From a virus, in IMG/VR virus record IMGVR_UViG_3300023174_000129, positions 19,221 to 83,220 of that record: a stretch of DNA of 64,000 nucleotides; one strand, 5' to 3'. The stretch's first letter is position 1, and the number at the start of each line of letters is the position of its first letter. A program made the position numbers and the translations under genes. This document shows positions 49,288-59,380 of this stretch, in pieces. The notes below the pieces were generated by a model. That model made no database searches and had not been told where the DNA came from. It worked only from the letters and a program-made list of their open reading frames with translations.

Positions 49288-49704
49288 TTATGTTCTAAAA
49301 ATATAATTTCGAACAACTCTATTTACTTGATATAAAGTTCCATAATTTCCTGCATTATAAATACCTGTTATATAAGGATATCCACCATTATTTAATGAAG
49401 AGCCACCAGTGATTCCTACAAATTGTGGAGTATTATTTGGATAATTAGTATAAGGTCCTTTTAAAAAAGAAAAAGTTAAATTATATGTCGTAGATGCCGA
49501 CACACTCATTGCAAATGAATATGTTGCATTTAAATTAAATGATTGTGTATATGAAAGAGTTACACCGGTGTAAAATCCTGAAATGCTAATTAAAGCGTTT
49601 GAACTCGTTGAAACTCCGCATAAAAAATTAGAATAGTTAGCATTTAATGATACAGTTCCACCGGAATAAGTCATTGAATTTATAAGATAAAGTGGTAAAG
49701 ACAT
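49288..49704 (-). CDS. Thr/Ser/Gly-rich putative virion protein
   Basis: N-terminus similar to that of 48545..49228 (P.Y.IN..TY.G.T.S). Confidence 0.55.
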   Translation of the reverse strand: MSLPLYLINSMTYSGGTVSLNANYSNFLCGVSTSSNALISISGFYTGVTLSYTQSFNLNATYSFAMSVSASTTYNLTFSFLKGPYTNYPNNTPQFVGITGGSSLNNGGYPYITGIYNAGNYGTLYQVNRVVRNYIFRT

Positions 49705-49731
49705 ATTTTATTACTTTTTATTATATATTAA

Positions 49732-49781
49732 TTTATTAAACTAAAAAAGTCCTCAATTGAGGACTTTTTTAGTTTAATAAA
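49732..49781. terminator. Capsid-gene terminator (50-bp perfect palindrome)
   Basis: TTTATTAAACTAAAAAAGTCCTCAA/TTGAGGACTTTTTTAGTTTAATAAA. Confidence 0.8.
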
Positions 49782-49791
49782 ACCATATTTA

Positions 49792-51600
49792 TTAGTTAAG
49801 ATATTGTGCGCTATCTTTAACAACAATTGTCATAAATTGTTTTTGTGGATACCAACCAACTTCTGCTACTGCGTAACGGCTTCTTAAAAGCATTCTTGGA
49901 GCAAATGTTGCTTCAGAGATGATGCTGATTGATTGTGCCATTAAATAAGGAACAAAAATGATACCTGGTTGATCTGGGTTATTCTTTCTACCAATAACAA
50001 TTCTATTGTCATCATATTTCATATATGGGTCAACATATATTTGAATATCGCCAATTTGACCTACTGGGTAAAGTTGTCCAGAGCTATTTAATTTAGATTT
50101 AAGAGGGTTAATTGTGTAACCAGCAATATCCATTAAAGAAGCTGCAAGAGCACCATTTGTTACTGCAAATTGAGCAGGACCAACACGACCTTCAGTTGCT
50201 ACATAGTTAGAAGCGTGAACCATTTTAGTGATTAATTTACGTTGAACAGCGTGAGTTGTTTCACCACCAGGACCAGCTTGTACATATGCTGTATCTAAGT
50301 CAAAAATTGTAGCACCTGAAATTGAGTTATAAGCAGTGTTGCCAGAATAAAGAGGAGCAGAAGCTCTATTTAAACCACCCATTTCAAAGATTTTACCTAC
50401 GATTTGTTTAGAAATTGTTTGAGATAATTCATTAACAAGAATTGATTCCATTTTTTGAACGATATCCATACCTGTGTTAGCTTTAATATCTTCAATTTCT
50501 GTTCTTCTTAATGCAGAAGATACTTCAATTGTACCAACAGCGATTGATTTAGAAGAAATTTTTGGACCAATTTGACCTGCATAGATGTTTTCTTCTTGTG
50601 CACGATCCATTGGGTATCTACCACCACCAGTGAAGTTAGAAACATAACCTGGAATATGATCTTCTAAAGCTGAAACTAAAGAAATATTTGCTCCAGTAAA
50701 TGTTTGTCCAAATATTTGTGTAATTTGAGAAAGCATTGAAGCAGTTGCAGTAAATGTATTTCTTGTTGAATCAAATCCCCAAACAGTATTAGCACTTGTT
50801 GTAGAGTTAATATAAGGATAAGATAATGTTTGAGCTGTATTAGATTGTTTAAATGATCTAAACATTGGGAAACCATCAATTCTTGAATATCCTAAAAATT
50901 CAACAAGACCACTTAAGTTTGCGCCTGCAGAAACACTTGAATCAACAGTTGTCCAAAATGTATTAGAAAGTCCTGTAACACCACTATTTGAGAATGTACC
51001 TGGGTTATTGTTTATTTTTGTGAAAATTCTTGCTGGCGTACCATCAACTTTTGTTAAACCACCTATTGATTGAATAATAGAAGCAGCGGATAAAGCTGTT
51101 GAAATAGTTCCATTTATCGTTGTTGTGTTAGTAGTTAATGATAAATCTAATTTAAAGATAGTTGGTCTTTCATCAGAGCTACCCATACTATTTTCATCAT
51201 ATTGGAAATCAATATAAAGTAAGTCCATTTTAGGACCTGGAGTTGGTTTTACAGCAACTAAATCTAAACCAATAGTTTGAGCTGCAATTTTCATAGCAAC
51301 TGGTAATAAGTTTTGACCTAAGTCACCAGAACCTAAAGTTCCACCATTACCAGAATTAGCTACGTTTGTTCCCCAGTTAGTACCAATTGTTGTACCTGGT
51401 AATAATGATGCTTGAGGAGCAGTGATAGTACCTAAACCACCTACGTTTGATACGTTTGCATAAGCATTTTCGTTAATCGCATGGTATTCGGCATATTCTG
51501 ACATCCAGCTGATCTTATCAGCATCTTTAACACCCATGTTCTCCAATACAGGAGTCCATTTGTTAATAGCTTTTTGATTGTCTATACGAATGTGATTCAT
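49792..51600 (-). CDS. Major capsid protein (T4 gp23-like)
   Basis: KWTPVLE, IGLDLVAVKPTPGP, LVNELSQTISKQIV, IYVDPY, GIIFVPY, TFAPRMLLRSRYA. Confidence 0.93.
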   Translation of the reverse strand: MNHIRIDNQKAINKWTPVLENMGVKDADKISWMSEYAEYHAINENAYANVSNVGGLGTITAPQASLLPGTTIGTNWGTNVANSGNGGTLGSGDLGQNLLPVAMKIAAQTIGLDLVAVKPTPGPKMDLLYIDFQYDENSMGSSDERPTIFKLDLSLTTNTTTINGTISTALSAASIIQSIGGLTKVDGTPARIFTKINNNPGTFSNSGVTGLSNTFWTTVDSSVSAGANLSGLVEFLGYSRIDGFPMFRSFKQSNTAQTLSYPYINSTTSANTVWGFDSTRNTFTATASMLSQITQIFGQTFTGANISLVSALEDHIPGYVSNFTGGGRYPMDRAQEENIYAGQIGPKISSKSIAVGTIEVSSALRRTEIEDIKANTGMDIVQKMESILVNELSQTISKQIVGKIFEMGGLNRASAPLYSGNTAYNSISGATIFDLDTAYVQAGPGGETTHAVQRKLITKMVHASNYVATEGRVGPAQFAVTNGALAASLMDIAGYTINPLKSKLNSSGQLYPVGQIGDIQIYVDPYMKYDDNRIVIGRKNNPDQPGIIFVPYLMAQSISIISEATFAPRMLLRSRYAVAEVGWYPQKQFMTIVVKDSAQYLN

Positions 51601-51784
51601 AATTTTTTTTTATTTTTTTTTTATAAAGTATATATAACTCTTAAAAGCCTTATTTTTTAAAGGGTGGCTTTTTTATCGTCCTTTTACCTTATTAGATACA
51701 CATTGCTGTGTTTAATAATATATATCAAACAAATAATCCTCCCTTTTTAAGTAGAGGATTATTTATAGTATAATTAATTTAAAA

Positions 51785-53929
51785 TTAATTTAAACCTTTA
51801 ATTCTTTCTAATATTGAAGTAATATCTTTATCTGAAAGTTTATCTTCTTGAATTAAAGAATCATGATTTACTAATGTTTTAGTAGTTTCATTTTTCTTTA
51901 AATTTCTAGTATACCAGAAATGTTCAATTGCTGATTCAGTAGTTAAATCATAACCTAATTTAGATTGAGATAAAATAGATTTTTTAGCAACTTCATTTAA
52001 AGAATCCCATGAAGATTTTAATGATTCTGGAATTAATCTTACAATTTTTTCTTCCATAGTTTCTGCTTTTACTGTTAAAGCTTCTTGAACTAATCTTAAA
52101 ACATCAGCATTGTTGAAATAAGATTTACCATTAATATGTAATTTAACAGTTTCTTGTTCTTCATTTGTTAAATTGTAATAGTTATCAATTTGAGCTTTAT
52201 TTAAGAATTTTAAGAAATGTAAATCATTCGATTCAACCACTTTTCTTTTCTTAGCCTCAGCAATTAAATTATCAATTTGTAAAGATAATTCTGTATCTGA
52301 TTCGCCAGTAAAAGTAGGTGCTTCCATTTCAGGAGTTTCAACTGTAATAGTTTCAGTTGGAATTTCAGTAGTAACCTCAGCAGCAGGTGTTTCATCTACA
52401 ACTATTGGTGCTTCTTCAGTTGGAATTTCAGTAGTAACTTCTGTTGCATCTACATCTGTTGGATTTGTTTCATCTGCAACTGCAACTTCTGTTTCATCTG
52501 CAATAACATCTTCAATTTCAGCAGCAATTGGTTCTTCTTCTGTAACAATCTCATTTTCAAATCCCCATTCTTCTAAAGTTGGAACAGAATTGTCTGAAGC
52601 ATCTTCGTTTATTTTATTACCATTTAATTTTTCAGCAATCATACCTGAATATGAAATTGCTTTATCAAGATTTTCTGCAATATATTCACCATAAGCAATA
52701 TTATCATCTAAATGTTCAGCAATATATTCAGAATAAGCAATATTTCCTTCAACATGTTCAGCTAAATATTCAGAATAAGCAATAGCATTATCTACATTTT
52801 CTGCAATATATTCACCATAAGCAATAGACTTGTCAAGATTTTCTGCAATATATTCACCATAAGCAATCGCTTTATCAAGATTTTCTGCAATATATTCTTG
52901 ATAACCAATAGATTTATCTAAGTTTTCAGCTAAATATTCCTGATAGCCAATAGATTTATCCAAGTTTTCAGCTAAATATTCCTGATAGCCAATAGATTTA
53001 TCTACATTTTCTGCTAAATATTCAACATAATTTATATTTTTTTCAAGATTTTCAGTTAAATAATCGTTATGAGCGATAAGTTTATCTGCTGTTTCTTTTA
53101 AGCTTTTATTTTCATTAACTACTATTTGCACTGTTTCAGCTAAATAATCTAAGTATTTAACCATTTGTGTATTAGTAGTATTTAGAACTTCATAATATTC
53201 CATAAGTTGTTCTAATTTTTTAGGATCTACATTACCCTTTTTAATAGCCTCGTTTACTGACTTTTTCGTTTTGTCGATTTCTTTAATTAAGAAATCTGAG
53301 TAACTAGATAATTGTTCTTTTGTAACAAAATCATTGTTGTTCATATTAAATATGTCGTTAATTTTTGACTCATCATTCATTTCATAAATTCTGAAATTTG
53401 AGTTATTTGAATAATTTAAAGATTCATTTATTGAATTCATTTTAGCAGAACCAAACCCTGGATCAGCAACAATGTCATAAGTGAATAATTTTTTAAGCGT
53501 AACAGTTCCGTCATTTTCTGTAACACCTGCGGCTCTTGAAGAAACAAAAATAGGGCAATTGTCTTCAACCAATGCTCTAGCTTCTTTACCCCAAAATGTT
53601 GACAAAAGTTGAATTTTACCTTCAATACGATTTGCCTCTTTGTTAAAAACAGCTTCTCTTACTATATGTGAAGCTCTTTGTAACGAAGTATCAAATACAT
53701 CTGGATGATCAAATTCACCATATACACCCATATTAGTTATTCTTTGATTCATTTCTTCCAAGCAAGGTAAAAATTTATTAGCTGTGTATATTCTTTCATT
53801 ACGATTTTTAATATCGAATTCAGTAAATATTCCACCTAACAAATATGATTTTTTACCACCAGAATTAAACACCTCTTCATTCAAACTTAATGGATTATTA
53901 TTGTTTTCAATAATCATTACTGGTTTCAT
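51785..53929 (-). CDS. Prohead protease (gp21-like) fused to a coiled-coil scaffold/core domain
   Basis: NRNERIY, GEFDHP, SH, VSSRAAG, TYDIVADPGF in the first ~170 aa; long repetitive coiled coil follows. Confidence 0.9.
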   Translation of the reverse strand: MKPVMIIENNNNPLSLNEEVFNSGGKKSYLLGGIFTEFDIKNRNERIYTANKFLPCLEEMNQRITNMGVYGEFDHPDVFDTSLQRASHIVREAVFNKEANRIEGKIQLLSTFWGKEARALVEDNCPIFVSSRAAGVTENDGTVTLKKLFTYDIVADPGFGSAKMNSINESLNYSNNSNFRIYEMNDESKINDIFNMNNNDFVTKEQLSSYSDFLIKEIDKTKKSVNEAIKKGNVDPKKLEQLMEYYEVLNTTNTQMVKYLDYLAETVQIVVNENKSLKETADKLIAHNDYLTENLEKNINYVEYLAENVDKSIGYQEYLAENLDKSIGYQEYLAENLDKSIGYQEYIAENLDKAIAYGEYIAENLDKSIAYGEYIAENVDNAIAYSEYLAEHVEGNIAYSEYIAEHLDDNIAYGEYIAENLDKAISYSGMIAEKLNGNKINEDASDNSVPTLEEWGFENEIVTEEEPIAAEIEDVIADETEVAVADETNPTDVDATEVTTEIPTEEAPIVVDETPAAEVTTEIPTETITVETPEMEAPTFTGESDTELSLQIDNLIAEAKKRKVVESNDLHFLKFLNKAQIDNYYNLTNEEQETVKLHINGKSYFNNADVLRLVQEALTVKAETMEEKIVRLIPESLKSSWDSLNEVAKKSILSQSKLGYDLTTESAIEHFWYTRNLKKNETTKTLVNHDSLIQEDKLSDKDITSILERIKGLN
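52631..53029 (-). repeat. 42-bp (14-aa) tandem repeat, about 9.5 copies
   Basis: Unit Y(Q/G/S)EY(L/I)AE(N/H)(L/V)DK(S/A)I(G/A). Confidence 0.92.
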
Positions 53930-54120
53930 GTGTAAATACTTTATTTTTATAGTATATATATCATTACTATTTAACCTCTTTGTATATTGATGGACTTTTT
54001 ATTGAAACGATTTGTGAAAACTCAATAAAATATAGATTTTAGCGGACTATTTATAGTTATTTTTAAACAAAAACAAAGTGTGAAATATTATTTATAATAT
54101 ATAAAAATAAAAATTTAAAA

Positions 54121-54501
54121 ATGATACTTACAAAAGAGGTTACGGTTAAAATAAATGAATCTAATTACGAACATTATGAAGAATGTGGTTATAGTGTAAG
54201 TATAGGTGATACTATTGTTATACCACCTGGATTATTATCAACTGGAAGTCATTATAAAATTCTTTGTAAATGTGATTTCTGTGGAAAAGAAAAAGAAGTT
54301 ATGTATAAAAATTATATTAAATATCACAATAATTGGGGTGAATATAATTGTCGTAAATGTTCCGAACATAAAAGAAGAAGATCTTTAAATGAAAAATATG
54401 GAGTAGATTACCCAATTCAAAATAAAGAAATCAAAGATAAAATACAAACAACTTTAATTGAAAAATATGGAGTAGATAACCCTAAAAAGAAAAAACCTTA
54501 A
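54121..54501 (+). CDS. Zinc-ribbon protein with EKYGVD repeats (homing-endonuclease-associated N-terminal module, no nuclease domain)
   Basis: CDFC, CRKC, two EKYGVD repeats. Confidence 0.6.
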   Translation: MILTKEVTVKINESNYEHYEECGYSVSIGDTIVIPPGLLSTGSHYKILCKCDFCGKEKEVMYKNYIKYHNNWGEYNCRKCSEHKRRRSLNEKYGVDYPIQNKEIKDKIQTTLIEKYGVDNPKKKKP

Positions 54502-54522
54502 CTTAGTTAAGGTTTTTTCTTT

Positions 54523-56268
54523 TTAGAATTCAAATTCAGGAGTTCCGCCCTGTGCTGGCGGTGCTTGTCCGCCCTGTGCCGGTGGAGTTTGTCCTTGTGC
54601 AGGAGGTGCTTGCCCGCCTAACTCTCCACCAATTTGCCCACCTGGTGCTCCACCAAACTCTCCACCAATTTGACCACCTGGTGCTCCACCAAACTCTCCA
54701 CCAATTTGACCGCCTGGTGCGGCGCCTTGTGCTCCTGGTGCGGCACCGGTAGATCTTGATTTAATCCAATAAGCTTGGTTTTCTTCAATTTCTTGTTGAG
54801 ATAATTTTAAAATGTTGTTTACAATAAAATCAATATGAAAATAAGAGGTGCCATCTTCTTTTTTAAGATTTTGAACTTGTGTAGCCGCTTCTATTTTTTT
54901 AGTATATGTTTTAATCCTTTTCCACTCTTCTATCGTTTGATTTGAACTAAATATAATATCTACGCTATTTAAAAATACTTCATCATCTTTTAATTCTGGA
55001 AATTCCATACACATTTGTAAACGTAGTGGTTTTATTATTAATTCTTTGAAGTTTGCCCTTAAACGACCAATAAAATTAGCAAATTTATTTTCCTCAACAT
55101 TTACGTCTGCTGTATCAAGTGTAAATATATTACCACCGCCACCGGCTAAATCAAAACGAGGCATTGGTATTTTTGACGCTCGTTTTAAATTATTTGAAAA
55201 ATATTTTAAAACACCTTCTTCATTCAAATCATTACCTGTTGGAGTAACTAATTCAAATTGTGGAGTTCCCTGATCGCCATCAGGAAACCATAATTGTTTA
55301 TTATATGGTAAATGTTTACTACCATTTATTAATAATGTTCCCAATGAATCATCCCATTCAACATGTTCTGAATAATTAGCTATTAATTGTCCTATTTGTT
55401 CTTCTGCTTTTTGACGAGATAAACCTTTTGTTGGTATTGTAAATTTTTGATAAACTGTAGCATTAATAATATTATACATTATTCTTGTTTGTTCAATAAT
55501 TTTCAATTGATTATATGGTTTAATTAAACCTTCAACATAAGAAGTTTCAGCAAAATCATTTTGTGTCGTATATGAAATTAATAATAATTGAGAATCTAAA
55601 AAAATTCTTCTTAATTGTGGGTCTTCTGGATATTGAATCCATAAATTACCTATAGTAGGCTCATAGGATGGAACTAATGTATCAGGTCTTAATCTATTAA
55701 ATGAAATTATATTTTGTTTTTTATCATCCCAAACAATCTCAAAAGCAATAAATCCATCAATTAAAAAATCTTTCATCAAATTCCAAGCCGTAATAGTGTC
55801 TGAAAAACTATAACGATTATAAATTTTTTCAAAAAATTCTTGATATTTATTTCTTATTTCCGAAGAATAACTATTTGGTAAAGGTTTTGTTGCACAAAAA
55901 TCTTGACCATTAAATATAATAGCCTCATCTGATATTATTGATACATAATCTCTAATTTCATCTTTAATAGAATATTCTCTTAAAATTCTCCTTTTGTCTG
56001 AATAAGATTTATCTAAATATGGAATTGCTTTTTTATTCAAAACTTGTGCTATAGCTCTTTGGCTAAAGAAATCATACATAGAGTTATTTTTCTGTGATAA
56101 AGGATCTTCATTCATAGAAATACCAACTGTATTTCTAATAATCATATCATCATATCTCATTCCAAAATTAGATAAATTTCTTAATAATCTATTAAATATT
56201 CCTTTATTTTCACCAGCCATGGATGATATATTCATATCACCTTGATTTATTGGATTATAACTTGCCAT
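54523..56268 (-). CDS. Portal protein (T4 gp20-like)
   Basis: FLIDGFIAFE, SYVEGLIKPYNQLKIIE, YFSNNLKRASKIPMPRF, EENKFANFIGRLR; position upstream of the protease and capsid genes. Confidence 0.92.
   Translation of the reverse strand: MASYNPINQGDMNISSMAGENKGIFNRLLRNLSNFGMRYDDMIIRNTVGISMNEDPLSQKNNSMYDFFSQRAIAQVLNKKAIPYLDKSYSDKRRILREYSIKDEIRDYVSIISDEAIIFNGQDFCATKPLPNSYSSEIRNKYQEFFEKIYNRYSFSDTITAWNLMKDFLIDGFIAFEIVWDDKKQNIISFNRLRPDTLVPSYEPTIGNLWIQYPEDPQLRRIFLDSQLLLISYTTQNDFAETSYVEGLIKPYNQLKIIEQTRIMYNIINATVYQKFTIPTKGLSRQKAEEQIGQLIANYSEHVEWDDSLGTLLINGSKHLPYNKQLWFPDGDQGTPQFELVTPTGNDLNEEGVLKYFSNNLKRASKIPMPRFDLAGGGGNIFTLDTADVNVEENKFANFIGRLRANFKELIIKPLRLQMCMEFPELKDDEVFLNSVDIIFSSNQTIEEWKRIKTYTKKIEAATQVQNLKKEDGTSYFHIDFIVNNILKLSQQEIEENQAYWIKSRSTGAAPGAQGAAPGGQIGGEFGGAPGGQIGGEFGGAPGGQIGGELGGQAPPAQGQTPPAQGGQAPPAQGGTPEFEF
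54540..54748 (-). repeat. G/P/Q/A repeats in the portal C-terminus
   Basis: APGGQIGGEFGG-type unit x3 (36 bp) and Q(A/T)PPAQG x3. Confidence 0.85.
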
Positions 56269-56514
56269 AAAATTAATTATTTTTAATTATCTTGTATATA
56301 TAAGAAATATTTTCTTTCCTATTTTTTGAAAATACAATTACTGATGTTTTTATATCTCAAAGGTTTTAATTTATTTAAAATAGTTCGTTAATTATCTTTA
56401 CCACCATCTACTGGTTATTTAAACATTTTAGCAATTTCTTTAAGATTTTTATGGTCTTAGTAATTTAACAACATAAGTAGAATTTTATTATATATATTAA
56501 AATTCTACTTACAA

Positions 56515-56924
56515 ATGAATATAATTCAAAACCAATCGATATTTGATTTTAAGTTTACTAAAACAGATAATATATAAAAACTTAAAGAATTATATAGTAA
56601 TATATTTATTACACGATTTGCTATAATAAATAACCAAGATAATAAAATCAGTTGTGAATATGCAGAAATTAAAAATATAGACTCAATAATTCCTAATAAT
56701 ATTTTTTAATTTTAATCCAAGAAAATCTGTCAATAATTTAAAATTTAATGCAATGATGATAGTTCCAACCGGAATAGGAGCTGAAAGGGCTTCCAATTTT
56801 AGCAGCTTTGGAACAAGGTATAGATAATAATTATTTTGAAGCAGCAGGTATTTTAACATCAATTAAAAATGATATAAGTGTAAAATCTTTCGAGAGACCT
56901 ATTTCAGCAACAAAAATTATTTAA
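56515..56924 (+). pseudogene. Deleted remnant of a DUF3326-family gene
   Basis: Fragments MIVPTGIGAE, GLPILAALEQGI and NNYFEAAGIL...SFERP lie side by side, with a frameshift. Confidence 0.6.
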
Positions 56925-57847
56925 TTATTCAATAAATTACATAATTTATATAATACACGAGCGCCTGTTATTGAGTTGATAGTGTCGTCGGTTGAATTAC
57001 CATTACTAACTCCATTTAAATCAAATCCAATAATTTTTTTACCAGATTTTTGTAATAATTTAAATAAATAAAAAATTTGATACATGTCAAATCCACCAGG
57101 AACGGGCGTTCCAGTATCAGGGCATAATTTCGGATCTAATCCATCAATATCAAAACTTATATAAACTTTATATGGTAATGAATTAATTATTTCTTCGCAA
57201 ATTGAATGCCATGAAACATTGTTATATAACATATCTTTTATATCGTTATCAAAAAAAGTAATGATCCTACCTTCGGAATTTTGTATTGTTTCGTATTCGT
57301 ATTTAGAATAATCCCTAATTCCAACCTGAACTAATTTTGTCACTTCTTTTATTTTCAAAACATTATGCATAATTGATGCATGAGAATAAATTAAATTATT
57401 ATAACAATTTCTTAAATCAGCGTGAGAATCGATTTGTAATATACCAAAATTGTGTAATTCAGCAAGAGATTTTATATAACCTAAAATAACACTATGTTCC
57501 CCACCAATTAAACCAACTTTTTTATTTATAATATATTTTTTAGTTTCTTCATACACCCAATTTACCATTTCCTGACATTCTTCGTTTATAATAGATTTGT
57601 CGTCAATCTGTTGTAATTGCAAAGATTTCTGCTTAATATTTTCATTTATAGGAAGCATATAAAATTTATTATCTGATTCTGGAAAATCAATATCAAACAT
57701 ATCTATTTGTGGTGAAGCCTGTAAGATATATTTTGGACCATCTGAAGTTCCTTTACGATAAGAAACCGTTGTTTCCCAAGGAACAGGTATTAAAATAATA
57801 GAGGCATCTTCTGGATTTATGTTTAAATCAAAAATATTATTTGCCAT
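56921..57847 (-). CDS. speB: Agmatinase / ureohydrolase
   Basis: GGEHS, DSHADL, SHAS, QVGIRD, SFDIDGLDP, TGTPVPGG; likely start MANNIFD at 57847. Confidence 0.88.
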   Translation of the reverse strand: MANNIFDLNINPEDASIILIPVPWETTVSYRKGTSDGPKYILQASPQIDMFDIDFPESDNKFYMLPINENIKQKSLQLQQIDDKSIINEECQEMVNWVYEETKKYIINKKVGLIGGEHSVILGYIKSLAELHNFGILQIDSHADLRNCYNNLIYSHASIMHNVLKIKEVTKLVQVGIRDYSKYEYETIQNSEGRIITFFDNDIKDMLYNNVSWHSICEEIINSLPYKVYISFDIDGLDPKLCPDTGTPVPGGFDMYQIFYLFKLLQKSGKKIIGFDLNGVSNGNSTDDTINSITGARVLYKLCNLLNN

Positions 57848-58517
57848 ATTTTTCGTAGCTTTTTCTGATTCTATCAATATGTTTTTCTAATGCATCATAA
57901 TCATTTAAGATTTGTGTTTCGGTGTCATAAAAATCTTTAATATCCGCTAACATCATTTCTTTATGTCTTTGTTCTTTCATTTTTAATTTTGTTTTCCAAA
58001 TATTATATAATTTTATAGGATCATATTTATTTTTAGGAAACCCTGAATATAAAAATTTTGGTATTAAAGAATTGTTTATTTTATGAACAAATTTAATTTG
58101 TTTTAAATTATATTCAACTAATGCATATTCATAGCCATATTGTAGCAATACATTATATACACTTTCATAAGTAGTGTTTAATAATGCATTTGTTTCTAAA
58201 TCTTTTTGTGTGATATACCTATCAAAAATCGTAGTTCTTATTTGTAAAGGTATGAAATTAAAATTTATTGCATAAACTATAATTAAATCATTAAATTTTT
58301 TGAAATCAACCGTGAAAACAGGAGAGTATTGCATCCAATTAGAATCATCTTGATATTGTAAAAAATAAAAAGCTCCTAATTGCATTTGTCCAACATTTAT
58401 ATTTGTGACTTCTTTTGAACTTTTCTGATAAGCATTATAAAAAAACATAGTATTTTCCTTATAGCTTTCGGCTATGTTTTTATATTCTTGTTTAATTATT
58501 TTAATTAAATCTCCCAT
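57837..58517 (-). CDS. DNA end protector protein (T4 gp2-like)
   Basis: G.FYFLQY...SPVF...AINFNFIP..IR pattern; adjacent to the gp4-like gene. Confidence 0.55.
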   Translation of the reverse strand: MGDLIKIIKQEYKNIAESYKENTMFFYNAYQKSSKEVTNINVGQMQLGAFYFLQYQDDSNWMQYSPVFTVDFKKFNDLIIVYAINFNFIPLQIRTTIFDRYITQKDLETNALLNTTYESVYNVLLQYGYEYALVEYNLKQIKFVHKINNSLIPKFLYSGFPKNKYDPIKLYNIWKTKLKMKEQRHKEMMLADIKDFYDTETQILNDYDALEKHIDRIRKSYEKYGK

Positions 58518-58559
58518 AGTAATATATATTTAATATATATCGGAAACTTAATTATTTTT

Positions 58560-59078
58560 ATGTTAAATTCAGCACCTAATAAATCTGGTAAGTATAAACA
58601 AGGTTTATTTATTCCAAAAAATAAACAAAAATGTATTAAATTAAATAATCAAGGAGGTTTATATTATCGTTCAAGTTTAGAACAAAAATTTATGATTTAT
58701 TTAGATAATAATGATAATATATTACAATGGAATACAGAATTAATAAAAATTCCATACATAAAAAATGCTTGGAATAATCAATTATTAGAAATGACTTTAA
58801 CCGAGCATACATATTTTCCAGATTTTTACTATGAAATAAAAAAATCAGATGGTTCAGTTTCAAGAGTTATAGCAGAAATAAAACCCGAACATGAAACAAA
58901 ACCACCCAAATTACAACAAAATCCAACTGCTAAACAAATGAAAAATTTTGAATATTCCTTAAAAGAATATGCAAAAAATTTAGACAAATGGAAATATTGC
59001 ATTGAGTGGTGCAAAATGAAAGGATTTGAATTTATCATAATAACAGATAAACATCTTAATCCTGGTAAAAAAGTTTAA
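58560..59078 (+). CDS. Head completion nuclease (T4 gp4/TnsA-like)
   Basis: YKQGLF.PKN..K, YRSSLE..FM.YLD, YFPDF, EIKP, N..KW. Confidence 0.9.
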   Translation: MLNSAPNKSGKYKQGLFIPKNKQKCIKLNNQGGLYYRSSLEQKFMIYLDNNDNILQWNTELIKIPYIKNAWNNQLLEMTLTEHTYFPDFYYEIKKSDGSVSRVIAEIKPEHETKPPKLQQNPTAKQMKNFEYSLKEYAKNLDKWKYCIEWCKMKGFEFIIITDKHLNPGKKV

Positions 59079-59380
59079 AATAATAACCAAACATATAGAA
59101 TACAACATATAACTGATTCTATTAATTCGTATATTCTATATGTTTTACCTTTAATTAAAGGATAGATAAAATATTTTATTAAACTTAAAATTGTTAAAGT
59201 ATAATATATCCACCCGCCTGCAAATAAACCTATAATTAACCAAATAGGATAAAATATTTTTGTAAAATAAAATAAAGTAGAAAATTTTGGTAAATTAAAA
59301 ATATCTCCTTTGTAGATGTCTTTATTTTTTGTTATATGATAATATTTCATCCATATAAAAAGTAGTGCTAAAAATCTCAT
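59075..59380 (-). CDS. Small membrane protein
   Basis: Several hydrophobic segments in 101 aa. Confidence 0.6.
   Translation of the reverse strand: MRFLALLFIWMKYYHITKNKDIYKGDIFNLPKFSTLFYFTKIFYPIWLIIGLFAGGWIYYTLTILSLIKYFIYPLIKGKTYRIYELIESVICCILYVWLLF

Noticed and set aside
52631-53029. Regular 42-bp repeats as a possible CRISPR array
   Set aside because: They are contiguous in-frame coding repeats with synonymous variation and no unique spacers; no cas genes are present.
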